DNA of 64,000 bases. It comes from Bacteroidota bacterium. Lineage in GTDB: Bacteria > Bacteroidota > Bacteroidia > UKL13-3. This document shows positions 30,448 through 40,605 of the stretch, piece after piece (position 1 is the stretch's first letter; each line of letters begins with the position of its first letter). Location of the stretch: assembly GCA_947464275.1 (NCBI GenBank), contig CANHVU010000011.1:23429-87428 (forward strand), read 5' to 3'. The notes below the pieces were generated by a model that was given only the letters and a program-made list of their open reading frames with translations, was not told the origin of the DNA and ran no database searches. The translations under genes and the position numbers were made by a program.

Positions 30448-31221
30448 ATGTTAAAAAGCAACCATACGTTGTTATTGATTTTATTATTGATTAGTAATCT
30501 GTCATTTGCACAAAAAAAAGGTAATGATTACAGTAATAAAATTTTTAACTTTCAGTTTATATACAATGGACAAAACCCAAGTGGTGATTGGTCAAAGATG
30601 TATGGTATCAGTCATGGCTTAGGCTTTGGTGTAAATTATAAAAGTCAATCAAATTGGGTTTTAAGTACCGAAGGCAGTTTTATGCTTTCTGGAAATATTA
30701 AAAGTGAAGCCGTTAATTTGATTAATTTAACAAACAGTAATAATTATACTTTTAACTCAAACAATGGAACCCCGGCAACTGTTGATATTACAATGAGGGG
30801 ATTTAATGGGTTTGTAAAAGTTGGAAAGGTTTTTCCAATAGCAAGGTTCAATAAAAATCATGGCTTTTTTGTTCAGGCAGGCGCTGGTTATTTAATGCAT
30901 TATATAAACTTTAATATTCCTCAAAGTACAGTTGTTCAGCTAAATGAAACTAACCAGCGAGGCTATGATAGATTGCATGCAGGACCAGCCACCAATCAAT
31001 TTATTGGCTACTTTTACCAATCAGAAAATAGATTAATTAACTTTTACATAGGTGTTGACTTCACACAAGCATTCACCAAAAATTTAAGAGAATTTAATTA
31101 CGACACAAAACAATACGACACGGGCAGCAAACAAGATAATATAACTGCTTTTCGATTTGCATGGATGATACCAATTTATTTAAGTAACAAAAATGATGAG
31201 TTTAATTTTGAAACAAAATAA
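30448..31221 (+). CDS. Hypothetical secreted or outer-membrane protein
   Basis: 257 aa. The signal peptide is LLLILLLISNLSFAQ. The composition is strand-rich. Confidence 0.55.
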   Translation: MLKSNHTLLLILLLISNLSFAQKKGNDYSNKIFNFQFIYNGQNPSGDWSKMYGISHGLGFGVNYKSQSNWVLSTEGSFMLSGNIKSEAVNLINLTNSNNYTFNSNNGTPATVDITMRGFNGFVKVGKVFPIARFNKNHGFFVQAGAGYLMHYINFNIPQSTVVQLNETNQRGYDRLHAGPATNQFIGYFYQSENRLINFYIGVDFTQAFTKNLREFNYDTKQYDTGSKQDNITAFRFAWMIPIYLSNKNDEFNFETK

Positions 31222-31223
31222 AC

Positions 31224-32492
31224 ATGTGGTATCTAGGTTATTTACTTTATCTCATAAGCACCAATAGTTATTTTTTAGTAATTAAAATAATTTCACCATT
31301 TAATAAAAGGGCAAAATTATTTGTAGAAGGCCGAAAAGATTTAATTGAGTTAATCACAAAAAAAATTGTTCATGATAGTAGAAAAAGTATTTGGTTTCAT
31401 GTGTCATCTTTAGGCGAATTTGAGCAAGGCCGTCCTGTAATAGAAGAATTAAAACTAATTTACCCTTATCATAAAATAATCGTTACTGTTTTTTCACCAT
31501 CAGGATACGAACCACGAAAAAATGATTCCATAGCAGATTACATTTTTTACTTACCTAACGACTCTCAAAAAAATGCACAAGCCTTGGTCAAACTTTTTAA
31601 ACCTTCGATAGTTTTTTGGGTAAAATACGATTTTTGGTATCACTATTTAATACAGTTAAAAAATAATAATATCCCTACTTTTCTTATTGCAGCTAGCTTT
31701 CATTCTAATCAAATTTATTTTAAAAAATATGCTGTATTTTACAAACAATTACTAAGTGACTTTAGCTTTATTTTTACCCAAAACGAAACAAGTACTAAGT
31801 TGCTAAATACTATAAATATTAATCATGTTCAAACCACCGGAGACACAAGATTTGACAGGGTTTTTAATACACTTAAACAAACTGAAAATCTACCATTAAT
31901 TGAGTTATTTAAAGGTGATAATTTATTAATAGTTATAGGAAGTAGTTACAAATTAGAAGAGGAAATGTTAACTAGTTTTTTAAATAAATATCAAGGAAAA
32001 AATTACAAGTTAATAATAGCACCTCATTTTATTAACGAGGAGCGATTGTTAGAAATAGAAAAAATAGTTCCTAAAAAAACAATAAGATATAGCAATGCCA
32101 ATGCAACTAATATTTCTAATTACCAATCACTTGTAATTGATAATATAGGCATGTTAAATAAAATATATAAATATGCTGATATATCATTTGTTGGTGGTGG
32201 TTTTAAAAACAAAGGATTACATAATATTTTGGAAGCTGCAACCTTTGGTAATGCCATTATTTTTGGAAATAAAATAGGGTATTTCCCTGAGGCAATAGAA
32301 TTTGTAAAAATTAAAGGTGCTTTATGCGTATCAAACCAAGAAGAGTTTAACAATTATTTTAATAAATTACTTACAGATGACCTTTGGAGAAATGAATTAG
32401 GAGGTATAGCAAAGCAACAAATTACTGCAAATATTGGGGCAACTGAAAAAATAATTAAATATATATCAAAAGCTTATTTACATTTGAATTAA
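31224..32492 (+). CDS. waaA: 3-deoxy-D-manno-octulosonic acid (Kdo) transferase
   Basis: 422 aa. The N-terminal Glycos_transf_N pattern reads IWFHVSSLGEFEQGRPVIEEL, and a C-terminal GT-B half reads SFVGGGF...HNILEAATFG. Confidence 0.85.
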   Translation: MWYLGYLLYLISTNSYFLVIKIISPFNKRAKLFVEGRKDLIELITKKIVHDSRKSIWFHVSSLGEFEQGRPVIEELKLIYPYHKIIVTVFSPSGYEPRKNDSIADYIFYLPNDSQKNAQALVKLFKPSIVFWVKYDFWYHYLIQLKNNNIPTFLIAASFHSNQIYFKKYAVFYKQLLSDFSFIFTQNETSTKLLNTININHVQTTGDTRFDRVFNTLKQTENLPLIELFKGDNLLIVIGSSYKLEEEMLTSFLNKYQGKNYKLIIAPHFINEERLLEIEKIVPKKTIRYSNANATNISNYQSLVIDNIGMLNKIYKYADISFVGGGFKNKGLHNILEAATFGNAIIFGNKIGYFPEAIEFVKIKGALCVSNQEEFNNYFNKLLTDDLWRNELGGIAKQQITANIGATEKIIKYISKAYLHLN

Positions 32493-32503
32493 ACAATACC
32501 ATT

Positions 32504-33229
32504 ATGAAAAAAATTTATTTACTTACTTTATTAACTTTTTCTGCCTTCTTGGGCTATGCTCAATGTACACCTGACCCAAATTGGAATACCAATGGAATAA
32601 GTCCTAGTATATTGCCGAATGGCAATGTAAATACCGAATATTCAACCATTATTTCATTTAAAACACCAAAAGATACTTCATTGGTATACTCGGGTCAACA
32701 ATACAATGCTACCATAGATTCTGCCAGAGCTGAAACAATAAAAAATGTCCCTCCGGGATTTACTTGGGCATGTAATGTTTCAAACTGCACTTGGAAAGGT
32801 GGAGATAAAGGTTGTGCTTTACTTTCAGGGAAAGCTGATTCAACAAATTTAAAATACTATGAAATTAAAGTTTATGTACGGTCATGGATTACTGTTCAAG
32901 GTTTGGGCTTTCAGTTAGAGCGTCTTGATTCAAGCACCATTGATTTTTACATAACAGGTGGAAAAAACAGCGTTCAAAACATTGCATCTGCCCCTAAATT
33001 TACTTTTTACCCTAATCCAGTAAAAAATACATTACAAATTGAAACTCAAAACTTAATTGAGAAAAAGACAATTGTTACCATTACAGATTTGGCGGGTAAA
33101 GTATTAACAACAAAAACTTTACAAGTTAACAATGGCACTATTGATGTAGCAGATTTGCCAAAAGGATTGCATTTAATTAACTTTAAAAACAGCAATTATT
33201 CACATACTCAAAAATTGGTAATTGAGTAA
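32504..33229 (+). CDS. Secreted protein with a T9SS C-terminal sorting domain
   Basis: It has a signal peptide. The C-terminus reads FTFYPNPVKNTLQIETQ...GLHLINFKNSNYSHTQKLVIE. Confidence 0.75.
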   Translation: MKKIYLLTLLTFSAFLGYAQCTPDPNWNTNGISPSILPNGNVNTEYSTIISFKTPKDTSLVYSGQQYNATIDSARAETIKNVPPGFTWACNVSNCTWKGGDKGCALLSGKADSTNLKYYEIKVYVRSWITVQGLGFQLERLDSSTIDFYITGGKNSVQNIASAPKFTFYPNPVKNTLQIETQNLIEKKTIVTITDLAGKVLTTKTLQVNNGTIDVADLPKGLHLINFKNSNYSHTQKLVIE

Positions 33230-33335
33230 TATAAAGCAGTTTTAAAATTTGCGATAAACAATTAATTTGCGCTTTTATAATTATTTTAAAAATAATAGCA
33301 AACAAATTTTAAAAAGTATCGTTTGTTAATACAAC

Positions 33336-35258
33336 ATGGAAATAAAAGCCGGACAATATTTAGACCCCATTAAATTTCCAGCTGATTTACGTAAAGTAGA
33401 TGAAGCTGATTTAGTTAATGTTTGTGCAGATTTACGTCAGTATATAATTGATACTGTTTCAGTTTATGGTGGACACTTTGGTGCAAGTTTAGGCGTAGTG
33501 GAGCTTTCGGTAGCTTTGCATTATGCTTTTAACACCCCATACGACCAATTGGTTTGGGACGTTGGTCACCAAGCTTATGGACATAAAATATTAACTGGTA
33601 GAAGAGATAAATTTTACACCAATAGGGTTTATAAAGGCATTTCAGGATTTCCAAAGCGTGCTGAAAGTGAATATGATACTTTTGGCGTAGGCCATTCATC
33701 AACTTCTATTTCGGCTGCATTGGGCATGGCTGTAGCTTCGCGCTTAAAAGGCGAACTTGATAGACAACATATTGCTATAATTGGTGATGGTGCCATGACA
33801 GCTGGTTTGGCTTTTGAAGGATTAAATCATGCAGGTGTTGAAAACAGCAATATCATTGTAATTTTAAATGATAATTGCATGAGCATTGACCCAAATGTGG
33901 GTGCTTTAAAAGAATATTTAACTGATATTACTACTAGTCCAACATACAATAAATTTAAAGATGATGTTTGGAAAGCTTTAAATAAACTAGACAAAGTTGG
34001 CAAGTTTTCGAGCGATGTAATTTCAAAAATTCACGATACTTTAAAATCGGGTTTATTGCGCCAAAGCAATATGTTTGAATCGTTAAGATTCAGGTATTTT
34101 GGCCCGGTAGATGGACACGATGTAAACCATTTGGTTAAAGTTTTGGAAGATTTAAAAAAGATTCCAGGACCTAAATTATTGCATTGTGTAACGGTTAAAG
34201 GAAAAGGTTATGCCTTAGCCGAAAAAGACCAAACCAAATGGCATGCTCCAGGTTTGTTTGATAAAGTTACTGGCGAAATTTTTAAAACAGTTTCAGAAAA
34301 ACCACAACCACCAAAATACCAAGATGTATTTGGAAATACTTTAGTAGAACTAGCTGAAGAAAATAAAAAAATAGTAGGTATTACTCCTGCTATGCCTTCG
34401 GGTTCATCGTTAAATATTATGATGAAAGCTATGCCTGATAGAGCTTTTGATGTGGGAATTGCAGAGCAACATGCTGTAACATTTTCGGCAGGATTAGCGA
34501 CTCAAGGTTTAGTTCCTTTTTGTAATATTTACTCATCGTTTATGCAACGTGCTTACGACCAAGTAGTGCACGATGTAGCTTTGCAAAACTTACATGTAGT
34601 TTTCTGTATGGACAGAGCGGGTTTAGCTGGTGCCGATGGACAAACACACCATGGAATGATTGATATTCCTTACATGCGTTGTGTACCAAATATGGTAGTT
34701 TCAGCACCAATGAACGAAGAAGAATTACGTAACTTAATGTACACTGCTTCTTTAGATAAAAATGCAGGACCATTCTCTATACGTTATCCTCGCGGAAATG
34801 GCACCACTCCTAATTGGAAAACACCATTACAAGAATTACCAATAGGTAAAGGCCGTAAGTTAAAGGATGGTGATGATGTTGCCATTGTATCGTTTGGAAC
34901 AGCTGGAAATTTAGCAACTGAAGCTATTGAAAAACTAACCGAGGAAGGCATTAATGTAGCTCATTACGATTTACGTTTTGTAAAGCCAATTGATACAGAA
35001 ATGTTGCATGAGGTTTTTGGAAAATACAGTAAAGTTATCACTGTAGAAGATGGAACCATAGTAGGTGGAGCAGGAAGTGCTATTTTAGAATTTATGGCTG
35101 AAAATAATTACCACGCATCGGTTAAAATGCTAGGTATGCCTGATAAAATAACTGAACATGGCGAACAACCAGAACTGTATGCTGAATGCGGTTTTGATGC
35201 AAAATCAATTAGAATACAAGTTAGGAAAATGCTGCTTGAAAATGCAGTAAACGCTTAA
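33336..35258 (+). CDS. dxs: 1-deoxy-D-xylulose-5-phosphate synthase
   Basis: 640 aa. The TPP-binding motif is GDGAMTAGLAFEGLNHAG, and the sequence is conserved throughout. Confidence 0.97.
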   Translation: MEIKAGQYLDPIKFPADLRKVDEADLVNVCADLRQYIIDTVSVYGGHFGASLGVVELSVALHYAFNTPYDQLVWDVGHQAYGHKILTGRRDKFYTNRVYKGISGFPKRAESEYDTFGVGHSSTSISAALGMAVASRLKGELDRQHIAIIGDGAMTAGLAFEGLNHAGVENSNIIVILNDNCMSIDPNVGALKEYLTDITTSPTYNKFKDDVWKALNKLDKVGKFSSDVISKIHDTLKSGLLRQSNMFESLRFRYFGPVDGHDVNHLVKVLEDLKKIPGPKLLHCVTVKGKGYALAEKDQTKWHAPGLFDKVTGEIFKTVSEKPQPPKYQDVFGNTLVELAEENKKIVGITPAMPSGSSLNIMMKAMPDRAFDVGIAEQHAVTFSAGLATQGLVPFCNIYSSFMQRAYDQVVHDVALQNLHVVFCMDRAGLAGADGQTHHGMIDIPYMRCVPNMVVSAPMNEEELRNLMYTASLDKNAGPFSIRYPRGNGTTPNWKTPLQELPIGKGRKLKDGDDVAIVSFGTAGNLATEAIEKLTEEGINVAHYDLRFVKPIDTEMLHEVFGKYSKVITVEDGTIVGGAGSAILEFMAENNYHASVKMLGMPDKITEHGEQPELYAECGFDAKSIRIQVRKMLLENAVNA

Positions 35259-35275
35259 CCTCAATATCATTCAAT

Positions 35276-35311
35276 AAAAAAACCTGCACTTTAAAAATGC
35301 AGGTTTTTTTA
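35276..35311 (+). terminator. Intrinsic terminator of dxs
   Basis: Stem aacctgca (35281-35288) / tgcaggtt (35298-35305), then a T-run. Confidence 0.85.
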
Positions 35312-35412
35312 TGTTTTTAAAAATAAACTGATTTTATTTATTGTAGCATTTTTTATTGTTGTAAAACAATACTTTTGAAAATTACTTTTTACTATAAACT
35401 ACTTATTATAAA

Positions 35413-37098
35413 ATGACAAAACATACAGATTTACACGCTGCCACTGGCAATACATTAAGTTGCAAAGGTTGGGTTCAAGAAGCTGCTTTGCGCATGCTAT
35501 ACAATAATCTAGACCCTGATGTGGCCGAAAAGCCAGACGATTTAGTGGTATATGGTGGCATAGGAAAAGCTGCCCGCAATTGGGAAAGTTTTGATTTAAT
35601 AGTAAAAGCTTTACAAGATTTAGAGGAGGACGAAACACTTTTAATCCAAAGTGGTAAGCCAGTTGGTATTTTGCCTACCCATAAAGATGCACCAAGAGTT
35701 TTAATTTCAAACTCTATGCTAGTGCCTAAATGGGCTAATTGGGAAACTTTTCATGAGTTAGATAAAAAAGGTTTAATGATGTACGGCCAAATGACAGCCG
35801 GAAGTTGGATTTACATTGGTTCACAAGGAATTGTACAAGGAACTTACGAAACCTTTGCCGAAGCGGCTCGTCAACATTTTGGAGGTACTTTAAAAGGAAC
35901 TTTAACCGTAACTGCAGGTTTAGGTGGTATGGGTGGAGCTCAACCGCTTTCTGTAACCATGTGCGATGGTGTTTGTTTGGCTGCCGAAATGGTGGAATGG
36001 CGTATTAAAAAACGTATTGAAACCCGTTACTTAGATGTAATGAGCCGTGATATTGACCAAGCAATTGACATGGCCTTAAAAGCCAAAGCTGAAGGCAAGC
36101 GCCTTTCAATTGGTGTGCTTTGCAATGTGATTGATTTATTGGAACGTTTAATAGAACGTAATATCACTCCTGACTTATTAACTGATCAAACTTCTGCTCA
36201 CGATCCATTGAACGGTTATTACCCTGAAGGAATAGCTGAGGAAGTAGCCGACCATATGCGTAAAGTTGAGCCAGATAAATATGTAGAAAAATCGTTAGAT
36301 ACTATGGCTCATCATGTAAAATTAATGATTGAGTTACAACAAAAAGGTGCCATTGTGTTTGATTATGGAAATAACTTACGCGGACAAGCAAAAGATCAAC
36401 GCCATGTAGAAAATGCATTTTCATTCCCAGGTTTTGTGCCTGCATATATTCGTCCTTTGTTTTGCGAAGGAAAAGGCCCTTTCCGTTGGGTGGCTTTAAG
36501 TGGCGACCCTAATGATATTTACGTAACCGATCAAGTAATGAAAGATTTATTTCCTGAAAATACTTCATTGCACCGTTGGTTAGATATGGCCCAAGAGCGT
36601 ATTGCCTTCCAAGGTTTACCAGCACGTATTTGTTGGATAGGACAAGGTGATAGAGAAAAAGCTGCTTTAGCATTTAACGAATTAGTAAGAACTGGAAAAG
36701 TAAAAGGTCCAATTGTTATTGGAAGAGATCATTTAGATACGGGTTCTGTAGCTTCTCCAAACAGAGAAACTGAAGCCATGAAAGATGGAAGTGATGCAGT
36801 GGCTGATTGGCCTATTTTAAACTCATTAATCAATACCGCTGGTGGTGCTAGTTGGGTTTCAATCCATCATGGTGGAGGCGTAGGAATGGGTTATAGCATT
36901 CATGCAGGAATGGTTATTGTAGCTGACGGAACAGAAGATGCTGCACGCAGGTTAAAACGTGTATTGCACAACGACCCTGCAATGGGTGTAATTCGCCATG
37001 CTGATGCTGGTTACGACATTGCCATTGATACTGCTAGAAAACATCGCCTTGACATAAAAGAAAGATTGAAAGATAAAGAAGATAAGCCTGGTTACTAA
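35413..37098 (+). CDS. hutU: Urocanate hydratase
   Basis: 561 aa. [39 protein letters not shown] and the conserved GGMGGAQP are present. Confidence 0.95.
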   Translation: MTKHTDLHAATGNTLSCKGWVQEAALRMLYNNLDPDVAEKPDDLVVYGGIGKAARNWESFDLIVKALQDLEEDETLLIQSGKPVGILPTHKDAPRVLISNSMLVPKWANWETFHELDKKGLMMYGQMTAGSWIYIGSQGIVQGTYETFAEAARQHFGGTLKGTLTVTAGLGGMGGAQPLSVTMCDGVCLAAEMVEWRIKKRIETRYLDVMSRDIDQAIDMALKAKAEGKRLSIGVLCNVIDLLERLIERNITPDLLTDQTSAHDPLNGYYPEGIAEEVADHMRKVEPDKYVEKSLDTMAHHVKLMIELQQKGAIVFDYGNNLRGQAKDQRHVENAFSFPGFVPAYIRPLFCEGKGPFRWVALSGDPNDIYVTDQVMKDLFPENTSLHRWLDMAQERIAFQGLPARICWIGQGDREKAALAFNELVRTGKVKGPIVIGRDHLDTGSVASPNRETEAMKDGSDAVADWPILNSLINTAGGASWVSIHHGGGVGMGYSIHAGMVIVADGTEDAARRLKRVLHNDPAMGVIRHADAGYDIAIDTARKHRLDIKERLKDKEDKPGY

Positions 37099-37115
37099 TA
37101 ATCAGTAATAAAAAC

Positions 37116-37149
37116 AAAAATCCCGTTCATTTTTGAACGGGATTTTTTT
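37116..37149 (+). terminator. Intrinsic terminator of hutU
   Basis: Stem tcccgttca (37121-37129) / tgaacggga (37134-37142), then a T-run at 37143-37149. Confidence 0.85.
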
Positions 37150-37276
37150 ATGAAAACAAATTTCAAATTAGCCATAAAAAGACATTATTTTAGCCTAATT
37201 GGATCCTAAATCTTAATTTCTAAAACTTGCATTATCAATATCAAATTAGACTTGAGAGTTAAATATCAAGTAAATC

Positions 37277-38827
37277 TTACAAAGCCAACGCTTCTTTATT
37301 TTTATTAATCAAGCATTTGCCATCCATTTCTTTGGGTTGGTTTATACCAATTAATGCTAAAATAGTTGGAGCTAAATCGGCTAATTTTCCATTATTCAAA
37401 TGGTGCGTATGTTCTGTTTCTACTAGAATACAAGGCACTTCGTTGGTGGTATGCGCTGTATTGGCAGAACCATCATCGTTAAGCATAAATTCACCATTAC
37501 CATGGTCGGCTGTAATTAAAAACGAGTAGCCATTTTTTAAACCTTCAGGAACTATGCGACCTAAACATTCATCCACTTTTTCAACAGCTTTTATTTCGGC
37601 ACTGATTACACCTGTATGTCCCACCATATCAGGATTTGCAAAATTTACCACCATAAAATCAGCTTCATTTTTAGCTATTTCGTCCAAGGTAAATTGGCAA
37701 ACACCTTCGGCATTCATTTCAGGTTTAAAATCGTAGGTTGGAACATCCTTTGGCGAAGGTGCCATGTGGCGAGTTTCTCCCGTAAACTCTTTTTCTTGTC
37801 CACCACTGAAAAAGAAAGTTACATGCGGATATTTTTCGGTTTCGGCTATGCGTACTTGCTTTTTATTGTTGGTTTCCAATACTTCGCCTAAAGTGTTGTT
37901 CAACTCAATATCGGCAAACATTACCTCTACGTTTTTAAAGTTTTTATCGTAAGCCGTAAGTGTAATGTATTTTAAAGGCAGTTTTTTCATTTGCTGTTCA
38001 GCAAAATCTTCTTGTGTTAAAGCTTGTGTAATCTCGCGTCCTCTATCGGTTCTGAAATTAAAACAAATTACTACATCATCAGGACTAATAGTAGCTAAAG
38101 CATTGTTATTTTCATCTACACAAACCAATGGTTTTAAAAACTCATCGGTTTCGCCTGCATCGTATTTTTGCTGAATGGTATTTAAAACATCGTTGGTTTT
38201 TTCGCCTGCTCCATTCACCATTAAATCGTAAGCCAGCTTTACTCTTTCCCAACGCTTATCGCGGTCCATGGCATAATAACGTCCAATAACACTTGCCAAT
38301 TTTCCATCGGTTTTTTCTAAATGTTGTAAAGTATCTTTTAAATAATTGATGCCATTATTAGGGTCAGTATCGCGGCCATCAGTAAAAGCATGTAAGTAAA
38401 AATTACTAAAATTAGCTTCTTTGAAAATATTGCATAATCCTTTTAAATGATTCAAGCTACTATGCACGCCACCATCGCTTAACAAACCCATTAAATGAAT
38501 TTTTTTGTTATTAGTTTTGGCGTATTCAATGGCATTTTTTAACACAGCAATTTCTGCCACTTTATTTTCGCGAAACATTTTATCAATCAATACTAATTGT
38601 TGGTAAACCACTCTGCCCGCGCCAATATTCATGTGGCCAACTTCGCTGTTTCCCATTTGTCCATCGGGCAATCCAACCGATTCGCCACTGGTTTTTAACA
38701 AACAATGAGGATTGGTTTTTATTAAATTGTCAAAGTTTGGAGTATTGGCTAATTCAATAGCATTACCAGGGTATTTGGTTCCTTGTCCCCAGCCATCTAA
38801 AATTAAAAGTATAACACGCTTATTCAT
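37277..38827 (-). CDS. gpmI: 2,3-bisphosphoglycerate-independent phosphoglycerate mutase
   Basis: 516 aa. ILDGWG, GNSEVGHMNIGAGR and ITADHGN motifs are present. Confidence 0.96.
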   Translation of the reverse strand: MNKRVILLILDGWGQGTKYPGNAIELANTPNFDNLIKTNPHCLLKTSGESVGLPDGQMGNSEVGHMNIGAGRVVYQQLVLIDKMFRENKVAEIAVLKNAIEYAKTNNKKIHLMGLLSDGGVHSSLNHLKGLCNIFKEANFSNFYLHAFTDGRDTDPNNGINYLKDTLQHLEKTDGKLASVIGRYYAMDRDKRWERVKLAYDLMVNGAGEKTNDVLNTIQQKYDAGETDEFLKPLVCVDENNNALATISPDDVVICFNFRTDRGREITQALTQEDFAEQQMKKLPLKYITLTAYDKNFKNVEVMFADIELNNTLGEVLETNNKKQVRIAETEKYPHVTFFFSGGQEKEFTGETRHMAPSPKDVPTYDFKPEMNAEGVCQFTLDEIAKNEADFMVVNFANPDMVGHTGVISAEIKAVEKVDECLGRIVPEGLKNGYSFLITADHGNGEFMLNDDGSANTAHTTNEVPCILVETEHTHHLNNGKLADLAPTILALIGINQPKEMDGKCLINKNKEALAL

Positions 38828-39067
38828 GCTGCAATTTAATTATTATTTTAATGATTGAACAAGGATATTTGTTACAAAATTCCTATTTAAAAGCCAATAT
38901 TAAAGTTGATTAAGGTAATCATTTTAGTAGAATCTGTTATAAATTGTTTTTCACCCTCCTATTGTATTACTGTTTTAATTATTGAGATATTAAGCAAATG
39001 AACTACCATATTAATTATTGATTTTAAAACTTTCTGGTTAGTTAATTTCATTCAAACAAATTTGCTT

Positions 39068-39619
39068 TTAATCAATAATAATGGGGTATTTTAACAATAA
39101 ACCCGACAAACCTGAGGAAGCAAAACGGGCATTTTTCACCTTGTTTACTTCCAAGTCAATTCCATAATTATAAGCTTTTCTAAAATCTACTTTTTCTAAA
39201 ATACTTTGTTGGAATACAGCCAATGTTAAATCGCATTCCACAAACCTAGATTCGGTTAAATCGCTCTCGTTAAAATCAACTTCTTTTATACTGCAATTTT
39301 TAAAAATGGTTTTCTTTATTTTCTTTTGATAAAACGAGGCAAAGTCTAAAATACATGTATCGAAACTAAATGATAATAAAAAGTCTTTGCACCTGCTAAA
39401 ATCAATGCCTAACAATTTACAATTGATAAACTGTGCATTGTTAAATGCAGTATTATTAACCTTAACCAAACTCATATCGCAGGTTTTAAAAGTACAATCA
39501 ATGAAGGATATGTTCGATAAATCGGCTTTGGAGAAATTACAATCAGCAAACAGCACCGAATCGTATTCCATATTTGATAATTTGCCATTCGAAAAATCTT
39601 TTCCTTGTATTGTTTCCAT
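39068..39619 (-). CDS. Pentapeptide-repeat protein
   Basis: 183 aa of consecutive A(D/N)LxX-type pentapeptides, for example FADCNFSKADLSNISFIDCTFKTCDMSLVKV. Confidence 0.85.
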   Translation of the reverse strand: METIQGKDFSNGKLSNMEYDSVLFADCNFSKADLSNISFIDCTFKTCDMSLVKVNNTAFNNAQFINCKLLGIDFSRCKDFLLSFSFDTCILDFASFYQKKIKKTIFKNCSIKEVDFNESDLTESRFVECDLTLAVFQQSILEKVDFRKAYNYGIDLEVNKVKNARFASSGLSGLLLKYPIIID

Positions 39620-39626
39620 GTTTTTT

Positions 39627-39660
39627 TAGTTCTTAGTTCTTAGTTCTCAGTACTTAGTTT
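39627..39660. repeat. Period-7 word repeat tagttct x3/cagtact/tagttta
   Basis: Read directly. It uses the same word family as 14881-14970; agtacttagtt is shared. Confidence 0.9.
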
Positions 39661-39665
39661 ATTAT

Positions 39666-39930
39666 TTCATCCACAGGCTAAAGCCATGTGGCAATTAATT
39701 TATGCTTCGTCCGAAAGCTTTCGGACTCCGCTCAGCAACCATAATTCAGCATTCATAATCTAACATTCATAATTCATAATTTCATCCATAGGCTAAAGCC
39801 ATGTGGCAATTCATTCAGCATTCATAATTCATAATTCATAATTCATAATTCATAATTCATAATTCATAATTCATGCTTCGTCCGAAAGCTTTCGGACTCC
39901 GCTCAGCAACCATAATTCAGCATTCATAAT
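39666..39930. repeat. Composite duplicated intergenic element: hairpin unit X twice and a 58-nt unit Y twice
   Basis: Unit X is ttcatcca[c/t]aggctaaagccatgtggcaatt at 39666-39696 and 39781-39811. Unit Y is atgcttcgtccgaaagctttcggactccgctcagcaaccataattcagcattcataat at 39702-39759 and 39873-39930, with 58 of 58 nt identical. Each Y contains the perfect 18-nt palindrome gtccgaaagctttcggac. Y2 overlaps the last codons of the ABC ATPase gene. Confidence 0.92.
39823..39871. repeat. Heptanucleotide microsatellite (cataatt) x7
   Basis: Seven perfect tandem units were read directly. A shorter run of the same word lies at 39765-39783. Confidence 0.95.
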
Positions 39931-40604
39931 TTAACTATGCGTCCATCTTCCATTTCAATAATGCGGTCGGTGCTGTTGGCAAATTCGTTATCGTGGGTTA
40001 CAATTAATAAAGTTTGCTTAAACTCTTGTGCCAGTTCTTGAAAAATATCGAATACAATTTTACCATTTTTTTTGTCCAAATTTCCGGTTGGTTCATCACC
40101 CATAATTATCAATGGATCGTTAATCAAGGCGCGGGCTATGGCTACACGTTGTTTTTGTCCGCCCGAAAGTTGATTGGCCATTTTCAATGCTTCGTTTTCA
40201 ATACCTAAAATCTTCAATTTTTGCATGGCTCTATGTTCTACTTCTTCTTCCGAGTATTTGCCCAATTTTAATCCAGGCAACATTACATTGCGCAGCACAC
40301 TAAACTCGTTTAACAAATAATGAAACTGAAATACAAAACCAATTTTTTCATTGCGCACCAAAGCCAACTGACCTTCTTTTTTATTCTTAGTGCTTTCGCC
40401 ATCTATTAATAATTCGCCCTGAAAATCGGTATCCATGGTAGATAAAATATAGAGCAAGGTTGACTTGCCACAACCTGATTTTCCTATAACCGACACAAAC
40501 TCACCTTTATTAACCGTAAAATTGATGTCTTTTAAAATTTGAATGGTAATTGGGTCATGAAAACTTTTATTAATTCCCTTTGCTTGTAATACTATTTGGC
40601 TCAT
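39924..40604 (-). CDS. ABC transporter ATP-binding protein (MacB/LolD type)
   Basis: Walker [10 protein letters not shown], signature [15 protein letters not shown], Walker B IIMGDEPT. Confidence 0.93.
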   Translation of the reverse strand: MSQIVLQAKGINKSFHDPITIQILKDINFTVNKGEFVSVIGKSGCGKSTLLYILSTMDTDFQGELLIDGESTKNKKEGQLALVRNEKIGFVFQFHYLLNEFSVLRNVMLPGLKLGKYSEEEVEHRAMQKLKILGIENEALKMANQLSGGQKQRVAIARALINDPLIIMGDEPTGNLDKKNGKIVFDIFQELAQEFKQTLLIVTHDNEFANSTDRIIEMEDGRIVKL

Positions 40605-40605
40605 G

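Noticed and set aside
35399-35638. A 79-aa minus-strand ORF overlapping the hutU start
   Set aside because: It is antisense to the conserved hutU N-terminus and has no motif.
37317-38174. Five plus-strand ORFs of 60-91 aa
   Set aside because: All are antisense within gpmI, and none has a recognisable motif.
39823-39871. Possible CRISPR array, considered for this and the other tandem or word repeats (14881-14970, 19741-19782)
   Set aside because: The units are 7 nt with no unique spacers. No repeats in the 24-48 nt range alternate with spacers anywhere in the window, and no cas genes are present.
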